NCBI GenBank assembly: GCA_035559535.1
Contig: DATMBG010000010.1
Span: 25,832 to 89,831, forward strand
Source: Candidatus Limnocylindrales bacterium
Lineage (GTDB): Bacteria; Moduliflexota; Moduliflexia; Moduliflexales; JAUQPW01
DNA length: 64,000 nucleotides
Direction of reading: 5' to 3'
The position numbers and the translations under genes are program-made. Every line of letters begins with the position of its first letter. Position 1 is the stretch's first letter. Positions 9,660-19,652 of the stretch are shown piece after piece. A model generated the notes under the pieces. The model was given only the letters and a program-made list of their open reading frames with translations. It ran no database searches and was not told the origin of the DNA.

Positions 9660-11087
9660 CTAACTTCTGGATTCAGACTCCTGGGTCGTTGTAACCGGTC
9701 TAAACTTCCAAAAATAATTATGGTATCCTTCCCCTTCATGCAGCTTGCGGAAGGTCAGTTCTACTTCCATTCCTATATGAACCTGATCCGGTTCACAGTC
9801 TGTCATCTGGGCATAGAAGCGTCCTCCACCTTCCAAATCTACCGTGACCATAACTACAGGAGGATTGGGTGTTGGAACCAGATAATCTTTTGTGAAAGTA
9901 AAAATCTTTCCCCTCGGATTGAGTCGGACTTCCGTAAAAGCGTTTTGCGTATTACATTTCCAACAGATATACCGGGAGGGATACTGAATTGCTCCGCAAA
10001 TCCGGCACTTCTGACCATAAAGTCGAAGGTTTTGCTTTTCTTCGCGCCAAAGGACAGGTAAAGAACTAAAAGGATTTAATCGCTCAACTTCAACCAACTT
10101 TCTAAACCGGAGATATTTTCCATACTGATTCAAATTTTTCTTACGGTGCAACTGTTCTGCCAGGATTCTTGTTCCACTTTGGGACTTAATGTTCTCCGTC
10201 ACTTCGAATAAAATGGCATCACTTCCTGACCCATAACTCAGCAGGACAATTTTTTCTCCCGGATTCGCCAATTCCAGAGCTGCGATCAACAAGAGAAAAG
10301 GATAAGCCGTACCGGTACATCCTATGGTATTTAAGAGAGGGTCCGGGAGATAGGCTTCTTTTTTAAATCCCAGGTCTTGAGAGAGACTTCGGAAGGTTCT
10401 GATGTCTGGGGCAAAGAAGAGGACTCTTGAAATATCGGTTTTATTCAAGCCCACTTTATTCAAAAGTCCTTCTAAAGCTCTTCTTATAAAAGTCCGATAT
10501 CCATAGGTTTCAATAAATTTTTGATCTCCGGATTTCACATATCGTTGATCTTCCGTTCTCCAGACATCGAGAAAATCTTGAGAATAAGAATAAAACGCCT
10601 GGATTTCTGCAACGATGCCTTCTTTTCCTATAGCCAGTGCAGCACCGGCATCTCCCAGGGTTGCTTCAAACCCACTTCCCGGTTCTCCAAGCCGAATATC
10701 CGAAGCGGCTATGAGGATTTTATCTGCAGAGCCTGCCTTTACAGCATCATAAGCAGCTCGAAAAGCCTGGGTAGAGGCACGTAAGGAACCGCTAAAATCG
10801 GCCGTAAATAGATCGGTGCTTAAATCGCCAACGGTAGCCAGGAGGGTAGCATTTTGATGTTCCCGATAAGGCATCGAGGTCGAAGCATAATAAAGGCCTT
10901 GATAGGTTCTGGGGTCTTCATCCTTCAGACAGATTCGGATGGCTTCTGCGGCCAGAGTAAGGCTATCCTCATCGTAGTTAGCAACGGCCCGCTCTCCGGT
11001 AAAAGATTCCCCCCAGATCTGACTTAATGTCTGACCATCAAGCCGATAATAGGGTATATAGGCTCCCCATCTGGTAATTCCGATCAT
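9660..11087 (-). CDS. thiolase-fold (HMG-CoA synthase / KAS-III-like) domain fused to a DUF35-type OB-fold/zinc-ribbon domain
   Basis: 475 aa; the N-terminus MIGITRWGAYIPYYRL... resembles HMGCS-like condensing enzymes. The C-terminus has CRICG...CWKC, a zinc ribbon plus OB fold as in DUF35 / ChsH2-type proteins. Confidence 0.5.
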   Translation of the reverse strand: MIGITRWGAYIPYYRLDGQTLSQIWGESFTGERAVANYDEDSLTLAAEAIRICLKDEDPRTYQGLYYASTSMPYREHQNATLLATVGDLSTDLFTADFSGSLRASTQAFRAAYDAVKAGSADKILIAASDIRLGEPGSGFEATLGDAGAALAIGKEGIVAEIQAFYSYSQDFLDVWRTEDQRYVKSGDQKFIETYGYRTFIRRALEGLLNKVGLNKTDISRVLFFAPDIRTFRSLSQDLGFKKEAYLPDPLLNTIGCTGTAYPFLLLIAALELANPGEKIVLLSYGSGSDAILFEVTENIKSQSGTRILAEQLHRKKNLNQYGKYLRFRKLVEVERLNPFSSLPVLWREEKQNLRLYGQKCRICGAIQYPSRYICWKCNTQNAFTEVRLNPRGKIFTFTKDYLVPTPNPPVVMVTVDLEGGGRFYAQMTDCEPDQVHIGMEVELTFRKLHEGEGYHNYFWKFRPVTTTQESESRS

Positions 11088-11199
11088 CTTCTCTCCAAAG
11101 AAGGATCTCCATCCCCAAAGCTTTACTTTACTGGTACGACTAACCCCTCTATCACCATCCCTTACGGGACCTCGCTCAGGTTTTCACTCCATCTGATAC

Positions 11200-11409
11200 T
11201 TACTCTTCCAGGGTAAATCCGACCTTTATTGTAACCTGCCAATAACCCACTCGACCATCTTCAATGGTCCCTCGGGTTTCAACGACCTGAAACCAGCGCA
11301 AGTGACGAACGGTTCTTGCCGCCCGGGTAAGGGCATTCTGGATGGCATCTTCTATAGAAGTGGTAGAAGAACCGGTTAGTTCAATCAATTTGTAAATATG
11401 GTCACCCAT
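11200..11409 (-). CDS. dodecin family flavin-binding protein
   Basis: The 69-aa product matches the dodecin pattern ([20 protein letters not shown]...LRWF.VVETRG.IEDG.V..WQV.IKVGF.LE). Confidence 0.75.
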   Translation of the reverse strand: MGDHIYKLIELTGSSTTSIEDAIQNALTRAARTVRHLRWFQVVETRGTIEDGRVGYWQVTIKVGFTLEE

Positions 11410-11456
11410 AAAAATTCCTCCTGGGTTGAAAGGGTTAATTTTTTAATAGAAAGCGA

Positions 11457-12329
11457 CTACCAGGGTACTTTTCTTCGGGTATATACCCGACCTATAGAGG
11501 CTACCTCGGCATTGGGAGCACTACAGACCATGACCCCTTCATCGATCATGGCCGTAATATCCTCTTTGCTGACCTGGTTTAAAAAGAAAATACGGTTAGC
11601 TTTACAAAGATTCTTGACCTTTTCTCGGATATCGATCATTTCCTGAGGATAAGGAGGATCGTGCTGTTCAGGATAACCTAAGGCCATTCCCATGTCCCCA
11701 GGTCCCCATTCTGCAAAGGCAATTCCCGGAACGGCCAGGGTTTTTTCTGCGTTTTCCAGGGCTCTAAGGTTTTCTATCTTTACCCCCAAGAGAATTTCTC
11801 CTTCTGGATTGAGGGGCCATACGTCTGCTTTCCGCAAATATTCACTCTCACTAACTCCCCAGATTTTCGCTGCAGAAGCCTGTCCCCCATTACCTCTACG
11901 GCCCTGTCCCAGCCGATCTCCGACGCCGATCTTCTGAAAGGAATATCGTGTAGACTCCACCAATACTCTGACCGCTCCGGGGGTTTCGGCATGACAAAGC
12001 AGAATCCCATGAACTCCCTGGGCCAGTACCTGCTTAACCATCCAGGCATTGGCCCGCATAACCATTTCGTCAGTTCCATCTGTGGGAAGCTCGACAATCA
12101 CCGCGGGTGTACGATGCCCACTTGGGGTTGGTCCCCCGGCAACCAGACCTCGCATGAATTCGCCCAACGCTAAAATATCAAAGGGACCATGTTCTAAATC
12201 CAGGCGAATGGCATCCCCCCAGGTCTGGGCCATACGAACCCCATTTTCATAAGTAAGTTCTCCGGTGTTAACCAGGTAAATCGGTTGCCCTTGTTCCAGT
12301 AACTCCACGGCTTTATTAATTCTCGGCAT
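11457..12329 (-). CDS. HpcH/HpaI family (class II, pyruvate-specific) aldolase
   Basis: VKQVLAQGVHGILLCHAETPGAVRVLVESTRY matches the HpaI-type motif. The probable start is MPRINKAVELL at 12329 rather than the track start at 12374. Confidence 0.65.
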   Translation of the reverse strand: MPRINKAVELLEQGQPIYLVNTGELTYENGVRMAQTWGDAIRLDLEHGPFDILALGEFMRGLVAGGPTPSGHRTPAVIVELPTDGTDEMVMRANAWMVKQVLAQGVHGILLCHAETPGAVRVLVESTRYSFQKIGVGDRLGQGRRGNGGQASAAKIWGVSESEYLRKADVWPLNPEGEILLGVKIENLRALENAEKTLAVPGIAFAEWGPGDMGMALGYPEQHDPPYPQEMIDIREKVKNLCKANRIFFLNQVSKEDITAMIDEGVMVCSAPNAEVASIGRVYTRRKVPW

Positions 12330-12536
12330 AGCTTTTCCTTTCGTTAAAAAATTGAATAAAAGTAGTTGAACCAAATAAAGATGCTAACTTCCATCGATCC
12401 TACAACGATGAGCGTAAAGGCAATGATAAGGGTAACATCCAGGATATTCCCCCTTCGTCCCGATATTCAGAGTTAGATGATACCTTCCATGGACCGGTAG
12501 GATGATCCACAAAGGTCCTGGGCTTCCCTTTGTCCC

Positions 12537-12944
12537 TTAGAGTTGGTCTCGGGACATGACAAAAGCATGGACCTTCCAAACGTCCTCAATCGAAAATAAG
12601 TTACTCCAGGCAGGCATATTTGTGCCTTTACGCCCGTTCATCACAGTTTCCAGGAACTGTTTATCGGTGAGCTTGGTTTTAAAAAGGTTGGGACCGGAGC
12701 CACCTCGGCTCTTATGGCATCCCACACAACGGCTGCGGTAGATCCGTTCCCCCTCTTCGATTGCTTCCTTTTGTCCTAAATAAGGGTTCTTTAGCTCTTT
12801 ACCTGTATTGACCTGGGTTTGTTCGTCTCCGGCAGCGAAACCCTTTATCAGGGATAACCCCAGGAGGAGAAAGGTGACAAGCCCAATCCTGGATTGTGTT
12901 ATGCCAGACCGTTTCTTCACAAGATGTTTTTCCATTGGACTCAT
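12537..12944 (-). CDS. small mono-haem class I cytochrome c with signal peptide; candidate electron acceptor for the adjacent XoxF
   Basis: Single CVGCH haem motif, an N-terminal hydrophobic signal, and position immediately downstream of the PQQ dehydrogenase gene. Confidence 0.65.
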   Translation of the reverse strand: MSPMEKHLVKKRSGITQSRIGLVTFLLLGLSLIKGFAAGDEQTQVNTGKELKNPYLGQKEAIEEGERIYRSRCVGCHKSRGGSGPNLFKTKLTDKQFLETVMNGRKGTNMPAWSNLFSIEDVWKVHAFVMSRDQL

Positions 12945-13078
12945 GGGACTAACGCTAGGTTGTTGACTCAGGGATAGAATTTTAATATCCGGCCCTGACC
13001 GGGTAACCGATGCTTTCTCTGAACTTATCCGGGCTTAATTCCATTTTCAATTCCTGAGGGAGACAGGGCAGAGTTAAT

Positions 13079-14917
13079 TTACTCCTTTTTTATGGGTTCT
13101 GAGCCTTCTGTGGGTGGGAAGCCGTAACCGGGCAAGACCCTGCCCCCCAGGGTAGCGCCGGGTTCTCCAACCTTTGGCAGGGCGCCTGGAATGGTAACCA
13201 GATTTGACCCGGACGGAACCCGGGGAGGACCCCCTCCGTCAAGGGCAAACACCCAGATGTTACCGGCCTTCGGTTCCGTGTAATAGAAAATCATATCCCC
13301 GCCGATACCACCCGAAGGTACCACGACATACTGGATCCCGTCGAGTTCATAGGTAATAGGACTTCCTATGATACCTGAACCGGTCTGGAACTGCCAGAGT
13401 ACCGTGCCTGTGCGGGCATCGAGGGCCATAAAGTAGCCTCGCATATCCCCGGTAAAGACAAGGCCACTCTGGGTTGTCACAGCACCGGCCCAGAATGGAG
13501 CGGGGCCGGTTACCTTCCAGACGATCTTCCTATTGACTACATCAAACCCTACAAAGTTACCGGTATTTTCGCTTCTTAAGTACTGTTGATAATCGGCGCC
13601 CAGATACCACTCCCCCTTCGTAGGGGGTGCAAATTTGTTCTCCGCCCAAAACTTGAGACCCATCGCCCAATCGTTGGACAGGAAGAAAATGTAATTGAGG
13701 TCGGTATTGTAAGCCAGCGGCTGCCAGTCAATGGCTCCTTCTAAGCTGGGTACAACCGGCGCAACCTCCGGACCACCGGACTGGGCTACCATGTCTGGAT
13801 TTACCTTTGGCCGTCCGGTCTCAGGATCCAAACCCAAAGTCCAGTTAATCCCGGGAACTATGGGTTCACCGTAGATGAATTTACCATTTGTACGGTCGAG
13901 AACATAGAAGAAGCCGTTCTTATCATAATGCATTAAGGCCTTTACCTTCCTGCCTCCAAGGGTTACATCGGCAAGTACCGGGGTGCTGATGCTATCATAA
14001 TCCCAACAGTCATGGGGGGTATACTGGAAGCCCCATTTGATCTTGCCGGTATCGGCATCCATGGCGATGGTCGCCGCCGTCCATTTATTATCACCCTGGC
14101 GGATGTGGCAATTCCAGGGCCCGGCATTGCCTGTGTTCCAATAAACCAGATTGAGTTCTGGATCGAAGACCCCGGTTGTCCAGGTCGACCCTCCGCCGTT
14201 CTTCCAGGTATCTCCGGGCCAGGTTTCGTTCCCAGGCTCACCGGGTCCAGGAATGGTGTAGGTGGTCCACCGTAAATTACCGGTCTTCGCATCGTAAGCC
14301 TTAACGAAACCCCTTATGCCAAACTCACCCCCCGCCACACCGGTGAGTACCATATCCTTGACCACCAACGGTGCGCCGGTAATGCTATATCCTTGTTCCC
14401 AGTCGATCACTTTAGTTTCCCAGACAACTGCACCGGTATCTTTGTTGAGGGCTACCAGACGCGCATCCAGGGTACCGACATACACCATATCGCCAAGAAG
14501 TGCCACACCCCGGTTGTTAGATCCACAACAATATACACGCTCCACATCCTTCGAGAGTTTAGGGTCATAGCTCCACTTCTTCACGCCGGTACGGGCATCA
14601 ACTGCGAATACACGCGATTGATCGGCTGAAATATAAAGTACCCCATCATGAATCAACGGGGTTAGCTCCAGACCCCGATTCTCCCCACCCGTTGTAAATA
14701 CCCATGCAGGACGAAGCCGATGCACATTAGCAGGCGTAATTTGAGTGAGTGGAACATAGCGGTGACCCTCATAGGTCCGACTGTACATCAACCATTCTGA
14801 GGTGTTGGTATGTGCTTTAAGCAGGTTTTCATAGGTCACTTCACCTGCACCAGCCTTGGAATGGAAAAACCCGATAACTATTGCCATGATCATCACAAGG
14901 ACACTCAAGATCTCCAT
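13079..14917 (-). CDS. xoxF: PQQ-dependent methanol/ethanol dehydrogenase, XoxF-type (lanthanide-type DYD motif)
   Basis: Vicinal CC (VYCCGSNNRG), the catalytic region PHDCWDYD with Asp two residues after the catalytic Asp (a XoxF signature), and eight-bladed PQQ propeller repeats. The probable signal-peptide start is MEILSVLVMIMAIV at 14917; the track ORF runs to 15028. Confidence 0.8.
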   Translation of the reverse strand: MEILSVLVMIMAIVIGFFHSKAGAGEVTYENLLKAHTNTSEWLMYSRTYEGHRYVPLTQITPANVHRLRPAWVFTTGGENRGLELTPLIHDGVLYISADQSRVFAVDARTGVKKWSYDPKLSKDVERVYCCGSNNRGVALLGDMVYVGTLDARLVALNKDTGAVVWETKVIDWEQGYSITGAPLVVKDMVLTGVAGGEFGIRGFVKAYDAKTGNLRWTTYTIPGPGEPGNETWPGDTWKNGGGSTWTTGVFDPELNLVYWNTGNAGPWNCHIRQGDNKWTAATIAMDADTGKIKWGFQYTPHDCWDYDSISTPVLADVTLGGRKVKALMHYDKNGFFYVLDRTNGKFIYGEPIVPGINWTLGLDPETGRPKVNPDMVAQSGGPEVAPVVPSLEGAIDWQPLAYNTDLNYIFFLSNDWAMGLKFWAENKFAPPTKGEWYLGADYQQYLRSENTGNFVGFDVVNRKIVWKVTGPAPFWAGAVTTQSGLVFTGDMRGYFMALDARTGTVLWQFQTGSGIIGSPITYELDGIQYVVVPSGGIGGDMIFYYTEPKAGNIWVFALDGGGPPRVPSGSNLVTIPGALPKVGEPGATLGGRVLPGYGFPPTEGSEPIKKE

Positions 14918-15509
14918 GGCATACCCGGTAGCAGCTCCTTTACATCTCCCAACTACAGGGATTTCGGGCTTCAGTAAACCGGGTTTGTTACCCTCCCCCT
15001 TTTTCCAGAAATCTTTAAGCAGGGTCATCGTTACCTCCTTTCCTCTGACCAGGACACGGTCTGTTACCCGACAAAGTTTTAACTTTTATCAATTGTTTGT
15101 AACTCCATGTCTCTGAGGCTTTTAATGGCCAACACCTTACCCTATGATAAAATTTTGTGTTATTTATAGCCCCTTACTCTCCGGCCTTAATTAGGTAAAT
15201 CCACCTATTAGAATAGGATCCCACACCGCTCCTCCGAAGCCTGCCTTCCGGTGGGTTTTACTCCACAGGGGCTTATGTTTTTGTTATACTCCTCGAGGAA
15301 TATCCGACAAGTCTTATCCTAATTTTGACTTAGAAAATGTCAAGAAAAAACGCGGAAGAAGCCAAGGAAGCAATCGAATCCAGTCCTTTGGATCCTCTTA
15401 CCTCCTTGCCTTTAACAGGAGGGACAACAGGACAAATGCCCGTTGCACCGGCATGAAGAACTCTTCAAAGGATTGCTTATCTTGATCATTAAAGGGGACA
15501 ATCCCATAC

Positions 15510-15584
15510 GCATCAAGCTAAGAAGGGGAAAAGCCTTATTTTCGGCCTGAACACCCCCCTTCCCCCCTCCAGGGGGGAATTAGG
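15510..15584. repeat. dispersed ~75-bp repeat (agctaagaaggggaaaagccttattttcggcctga + GC-rich palindrome), copy 1
   Basis: Near-identical to 37611-37690; it ends in the palindrome cccccctccagggggg. Confidence 0.6.
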
Positions 15585-15652
15585 AATGTCCAGACCTTAG
15601 GTCTAATCCTTAACTTGAGGGGTATGGGAATAACCCCCGATTATACCCTTAT

Positions 15653-18073
15653 TTAGTTTACGGGTTGTAGAACACCTCTTCCTTCTTCCTGCAGGGTACC
15701 TTGCCCTTGAACAGACGTTTGAAAATTTACCGTAACACGTAATGCTCTTAACCCCTGGATGCCTTGAAGATCCTCCAACTCCAAATCTTCTACTTCACCG
15801 GTCAGGTAACCGGTATCCTGGAGATAGTCGATATATTGCCGATATTCTTGAGCTTCTTTAGGTTGAGAATAAACAATGGCGATCTTACCGGGTTGAGTTA
15901 ACCGCTCCTCCCCACCTTTAATCGTGGCTTTATCGATGCGTTTCTTCACAATTTCGTATCGGATGTTGTAGGCCCCATCCACATCGAATTGCTTTTCATC
16001 GATGCGGAACCGAATGGACATGGGCATATTCTGAACCAGGATCAAATGAGTTGTTTCTAAAGGAAGCTTCAAACTTCCTTTTAACTCTTCGGTTTTCCTG
16101 GCTATCCCACAGACCGTCATGAGCTGCCAGAGGCGAAGATTTTTCAAATAAAGTAAATCGAATTTTCCATCCTCAACCAGGGAGGCACCGATATAAATCC
16201 CGTGATCCACACCATCGGTTTTATGCTTTTCAAAATAGTGGGGAAACATAGCCTGGGCTTTTTCTTCTTCTTCATCGAGATAATCTGAGATGGTATCATT
16301 GATTCGGGCAACGCTTTCTTCAAAATCCTTCCGCTTACGATAGATAATTCCCAATTGTGGGTCCAGGGCAGATCGATAAGCCTGAATTTTATCCTGGATA
16401 CCCGGACCGAAATCCTTCAAGGTATCGAACAGAGGCTCAACTTCCCGACGTAAGAAATCAAGCAAAGTGATTTCATCTCCGGAGCCCAGACTCACTTCTA
16501 CTTTTGCTATTTTGTTATTGATCCGGTAAACAAGTTCATCGAGAATAGGAAGGGATTTATAACTCGCCGCCAGGAGAATAATTTCCCTGACCAGCGTCAG
16601 GTGCTCGATTAAATCAGCCTGAATCGCTGCATTACGCTGCGTAGAGGAGCCCCGGATATCTGTGGCCCCAAATAAGGGATAAACGTTATCGAATACAATC
16701 TGCTCTATTTCCTCGTGGATACCCCGATTACGTTTCTCAATATAGTTAAGAACGGCTTTTCGAAAACGCCAATCTACCGAAGGATGGATGGCGGTGTACT
16801 TTTTCTTGATGATGGCCTGAACACGATTATCCAGCTCTTCCATACTTCGATTAACGGCCACAGAGAACAAAGGAAGAACTTCCCCTAACTTCAGGGCATT
16901 TAAGGCATTCAGTCCGCCGGGGTTCGGGGATCCCAATTCCATGGTCCCGATCAGTTTATCCTGATAGTAGAGAGGCGCAACGATCATGCTTCGAATCCCT
17001 TGGGCGAGGATCTGATCTTCAACCGGCGAGCGATGGGGATAAGTTACAAGATCTTCAATGATTAGCAAATTCCCCTGTTTAACCGAACGTTCATAAATAG
17101 AACCGGCAAAGTCAGAAGTTTTAAAATGTTGAGAATCGGAGAAGATACAACATTTCTCGAGTTTACGTCCATAATTAATCAGAAATACCTGATCCCCCTG
17201 GATAGCTGCAAGTCCCAACACCAGATCCGGTAACCTGAGGAGTGTTCTTAGCTTTTCCTGCAAGCTGCGGAATTTTTTATTGGAGACAATAGATTCCCTG
17301 TCTATCAAATCTCGCTTTAAAGATGAAAGAACCTCTTGATCTGTGACATCGGTAGCCGTAATGACCGTAAAACCGTGAAACTCAAAATTCTCAGGGGGTA
17401 TGAGTTCCATCCAGGTCTTTAAGTTCGTCAGGTTATTGAAGAGGTATTTTTTTTCCTCATCGGTCAGGAGTTTGACTTCTCCGACTTTTTTTACCTCACA
17501 AAATCGTGGATCAAAGTTGAGCTTAAAGTGACGGTCTAATCCCGTTTCAGGATCTCGGGTTGTAAATATCAGAGGATATTCGAACTCAAATTTTACATCG
17601 TAAAACTTCTGGAGAATCTGGCTATAGGCTTTCAACAGGGTACCATAGGTCATGGCCCGCTCATCTAAATGCGTTCGGCCGATGAAGTTCTTATCTTCCA
17701 TCAGAAATCGCTTAAAAGATGGCGTGGCATAGAAAATCCGGAAGTGATAAGGAATAATAGCCGCCAGATAATCTCGATCCCAAAAAGCCGGTGGAAAAAC
17801 CAGAGTCATCAGCATATCTATGAGTTCTTTGTGCTTCTCGAGGATCGAGAGGTCTTCAATAGGACCTAATAACTCAGGTACCTTCTCTAATTCTTCTCGA
17901 ACTTTTTTAATAAGGGGAGCCTTAAAGGCCTGATCCCAGGATCCGGTCTGATTCCAGAAGTCTATAAAGGGTGAGAAACTGAGGACACATTTAAAAGGAA
18001 ACTTCCGGGTATTAGAGATCTGGATAAGGCTCTCGTCAAAAACCAGATTAAATTGTTTATTGATTGTAATCAT
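15653..18073 (-). CDS. large cytoplasmic protein with central GAF-like domain, function unknown
   Basis: 806 aa; the central segment ...LIIEDLVTYPHRS...LIGTMELGS... is GAF-like. The rest has no motif I recognise. Confidence 0.45.
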   Translation of the reverse strand: MITINKQFNLVFDESLIQISNTRKFPFKCVLSFSPFIDFWNQTGSWDQAFKAPLIKKVREELEKVPELLGPIEDLSILEKHKELIDMLMTLVFPPAFWDRDYLAAIIPYHFRIFYATPSFKRFLMEDKNFIGRTHLDERAMTYGTLLKAYSQILQKFYDVKFEFEYPLIFTTRDPETGLDRHFKLNFDPRFCEVKKVGEVKLLTDEEKKYLFNNLTNLKTWMELIPPENFEFHGFTVITATDVTDQEVLSSLKRDLIDRESIVSNKKFRSLQEKLRTLLRLPDLVLGLAAIQGDQVFLINYGRKLEKCCIFSDSQHFKTSDFAGSIYERSVKQGNLLIIEDLVTYPHRSPVEDQILAQGIRSMIVAPLYYQDKLIGTMELGSPNPGGLNALNALKLGEVLPLFSVAVNRSMEELDNRVQAIIKKKYTAIHPSVDWRFRKAVLNYIEKRNRGIHEEIEQIVFDNVYPLFGATDIRGSSTQRNAAIQADLIEHLTLVREIILLAASYKSLPILDELVYRINNKIAKVEVSLGSGDEITLLDFLRREVEPLFDTLKDFGPGIQDKIQAYRSALDPQLGIIYRKRKDFEESVARINDTISDYLDEEEEKAQAMFPHYFEKHKTDGVDHGIYIGASLVEDGKFDLLYLKNLRLWQLMTVCGIARKTEELKGSLKLPLETTHLILVQNMPMSIRFRIDEKQFDVDGAYNIRYEIVKKRIDKATIKGGEERLTQPGKIAIVYSQPKEAQEYRQYIDYLQDTGYLTGEVEDLELEDLQGIQGLRALRVTVNFQTSVQGQGTLQEEGRGVLQPVN

Positions 18074-18150
18074 ACTTCAACGATATGTTAAAATGGATAG
18101 AACGTCAAGGTAGATTTCAAGCCACTTTAATAGGTGGGATAGCCCGATTT

Positions 18151-19113
18151 TCAGGCTTTGGGAGCATTCAGTACCCTGACAGGCTTACCGGCCAGGAAAG
18201 CCTGAATATCTTCTACGGCATCCCTAAAGAATACCTCATAAGTTTCTTTAGTCACGTATCCAATATGGGGAGTGATGACGGTATTTTTTAATCTTCTGAA
18301 GGGGTGATCCAGGGGTAGAGGTTCTATATCGAAGACGTCCAGGGCTGCTCCGGCAATAGTTCCTTTTTCTAAAGCTTCGATAAGAGCTTTTTCATCCACA
18401 ATGGGACCTCGAGAAGTGTTTATAAGATACGCCGTTGGCTTCATGAGGGCCAGCTCCCGGGCCCCTATCAAACCACGGGTTCGATCACTCAGGACCAAAT
18501 GAATGGTAACGATATCCGAACGGGATAGCAATTCCTCTTTTCCTACCAGGGTGGCTCCACATTGAGCGGCCCGCTCCGGTGTAAGGTTCTGACTCCAGGC
18601 AAGTAAAGACATCCCAAAGGCCTTTCCAAAGGCTGCTACCTGGGAGCCGAGCTTTCCGAGGCCTAATATCCCCAGGACCTTACCGTGTAATCCTATCCCG
18701 ATTCGGAGTTGCCAGTGGCCTGAGCGTACTGCCTGGTCCTCATAGGGGATATTTCGGAGTAGGGCTAGAATAAGTCCCCAGGTCAATTCCGCGGTGGGCT
18801 GAATCAGCAGGCCGGTACCGGATACCACAATCCCCAGTTTCGCAGCCGCCTCCATATCAATGGAAGCATTTCGTGTTCCGGTCGTAACGAGTAATTTTAA
18901 CCTGGGAAGCCGTTCCAGCAACGTCTTTGGGAAAGGGGTTCGCTCCCGCATGGCTACAATAATCTCGAAGTCCTTGAGCCGTTCTGCTACGGCATTTTCA
19001 TCGGATAGATGGTCGGTGAACACCTGGATCTTGACATCGGTCGGCAAAACACTCCAATCGGCCATTTTCAGGGCTACTCCCTGGTAATCATCTAAGATGG
19101 CAACTCGCATCAT
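18151..19113 (-). CDS. D-isomer-specific 2-hydroxyacid dehydrogenase family (NAD-binding)
   Basis: GxGxxG (LGILGLGKLG), catalytic-domain motifs and length 320 aa fit the family. Confidence 0.75.
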   Translation of the reverse strand: MMRVAILDDYQGVALKMADWSVLPTDVKIQVFTDHLSDENAVAERLKDFEIIVAMRERTPFPKTLLERLPRLKLLVTTGTRNASIDMEAAAKLGIVVSGTGLLIQPTAELTWGLILALLRNIPYEDQAVRSGHWQLRIGIGLHGKVLGILGLGKLGSQVAAFGKAFGMSLLAWSQNLTPERAAQCGATLVGKEELLSRSDIVTIHLVLSDRTRGLIGARELALMKPTAYLINTSRGPIVDEKALIEALEKGTIAGAALDVFDIEPLPLDHPFRRLKNTVITPHIGYVTKETYEVFFRDAVEDIQAFLAGKPVRVLNAPKA

Positions 19114-19196
19114 AACCCTATCTCCTTTGCGTATGTTTCATAAGTTCGGAAATAACCTCGTTTTAACCAAATTTAACCTCATTCAAATCATTAAAT

Positions 19197-19652
19197 TTAA
19201 ACATACCATAACGTTATGGCTTCTGCCACACAAACCGGCTTTTCCTGTCCTTCCCGTTCAAAGGTCAATCTCATGAGGGTTCGAGCTCCTTCTTTGATCT
19301 CCTCCAGTTCAATGAGCAGTATCCGCATGCGAATCCGACTTCCGGCAGGTACAGGACCCGTAAAGCGAACTTTGTTTAACCCATAGTTGATGCGCAGCTT
19401 AATTCCTTCTACCTGGTAGATTTCGTTGATGAATTTCGGAGCCAGGGAAAGGGTCAGATAACCATGGGCGATGGGTACCCCATAGGGGGATTCCTTTTTT
19501 GCCCGCTCCACGTCCACATGGATCCACTGATGATCTCCGGTAACATCGGCAAAGGCCTTGATGCGATCTTGGGTTATCTCAAACCACTCCGAGACCCCAA
19601 TTTCTTTTCCAACGTAGTCCTTGAGTTCTTTAAGGCCGGATAGAATTTTCAT
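19197..19652 (-). CDS. MaoC-like (R)-specific enoyl-CoA hydratase / hotdog-fold dehydratase
   Basis: 151 aa with the FADVTGDHQWIHVDVERAK motif. It overlaps the upstream gene by 4 nt. Confidence 0.7.
   Translation of the reverse strand: MKILSGLKELKDYVGKEIGVSEWFEITQDRIKAFADVTGDHQWIHVDVERAKKESPYGVPIAHGYLTLSLAPKFINEIYQVEGIKLRINYGLNKVRFTGPVPAGSRIRMRILLIELEEIKEGARTLMRLTFEREGQEKPVCVAEAITLWYV

Noticed and set aside
11457-12374. Calling the HpcH-family gene malyl-CoA lyase (serine cycle) because it neighbours xoxF.
   Set aside because: The motifs resemble the HpaI pyruvate-aldolase branch rather than the CitE/malyl-CoA-lyase branch. There is not enough evidence for a serine-cycle assignment.
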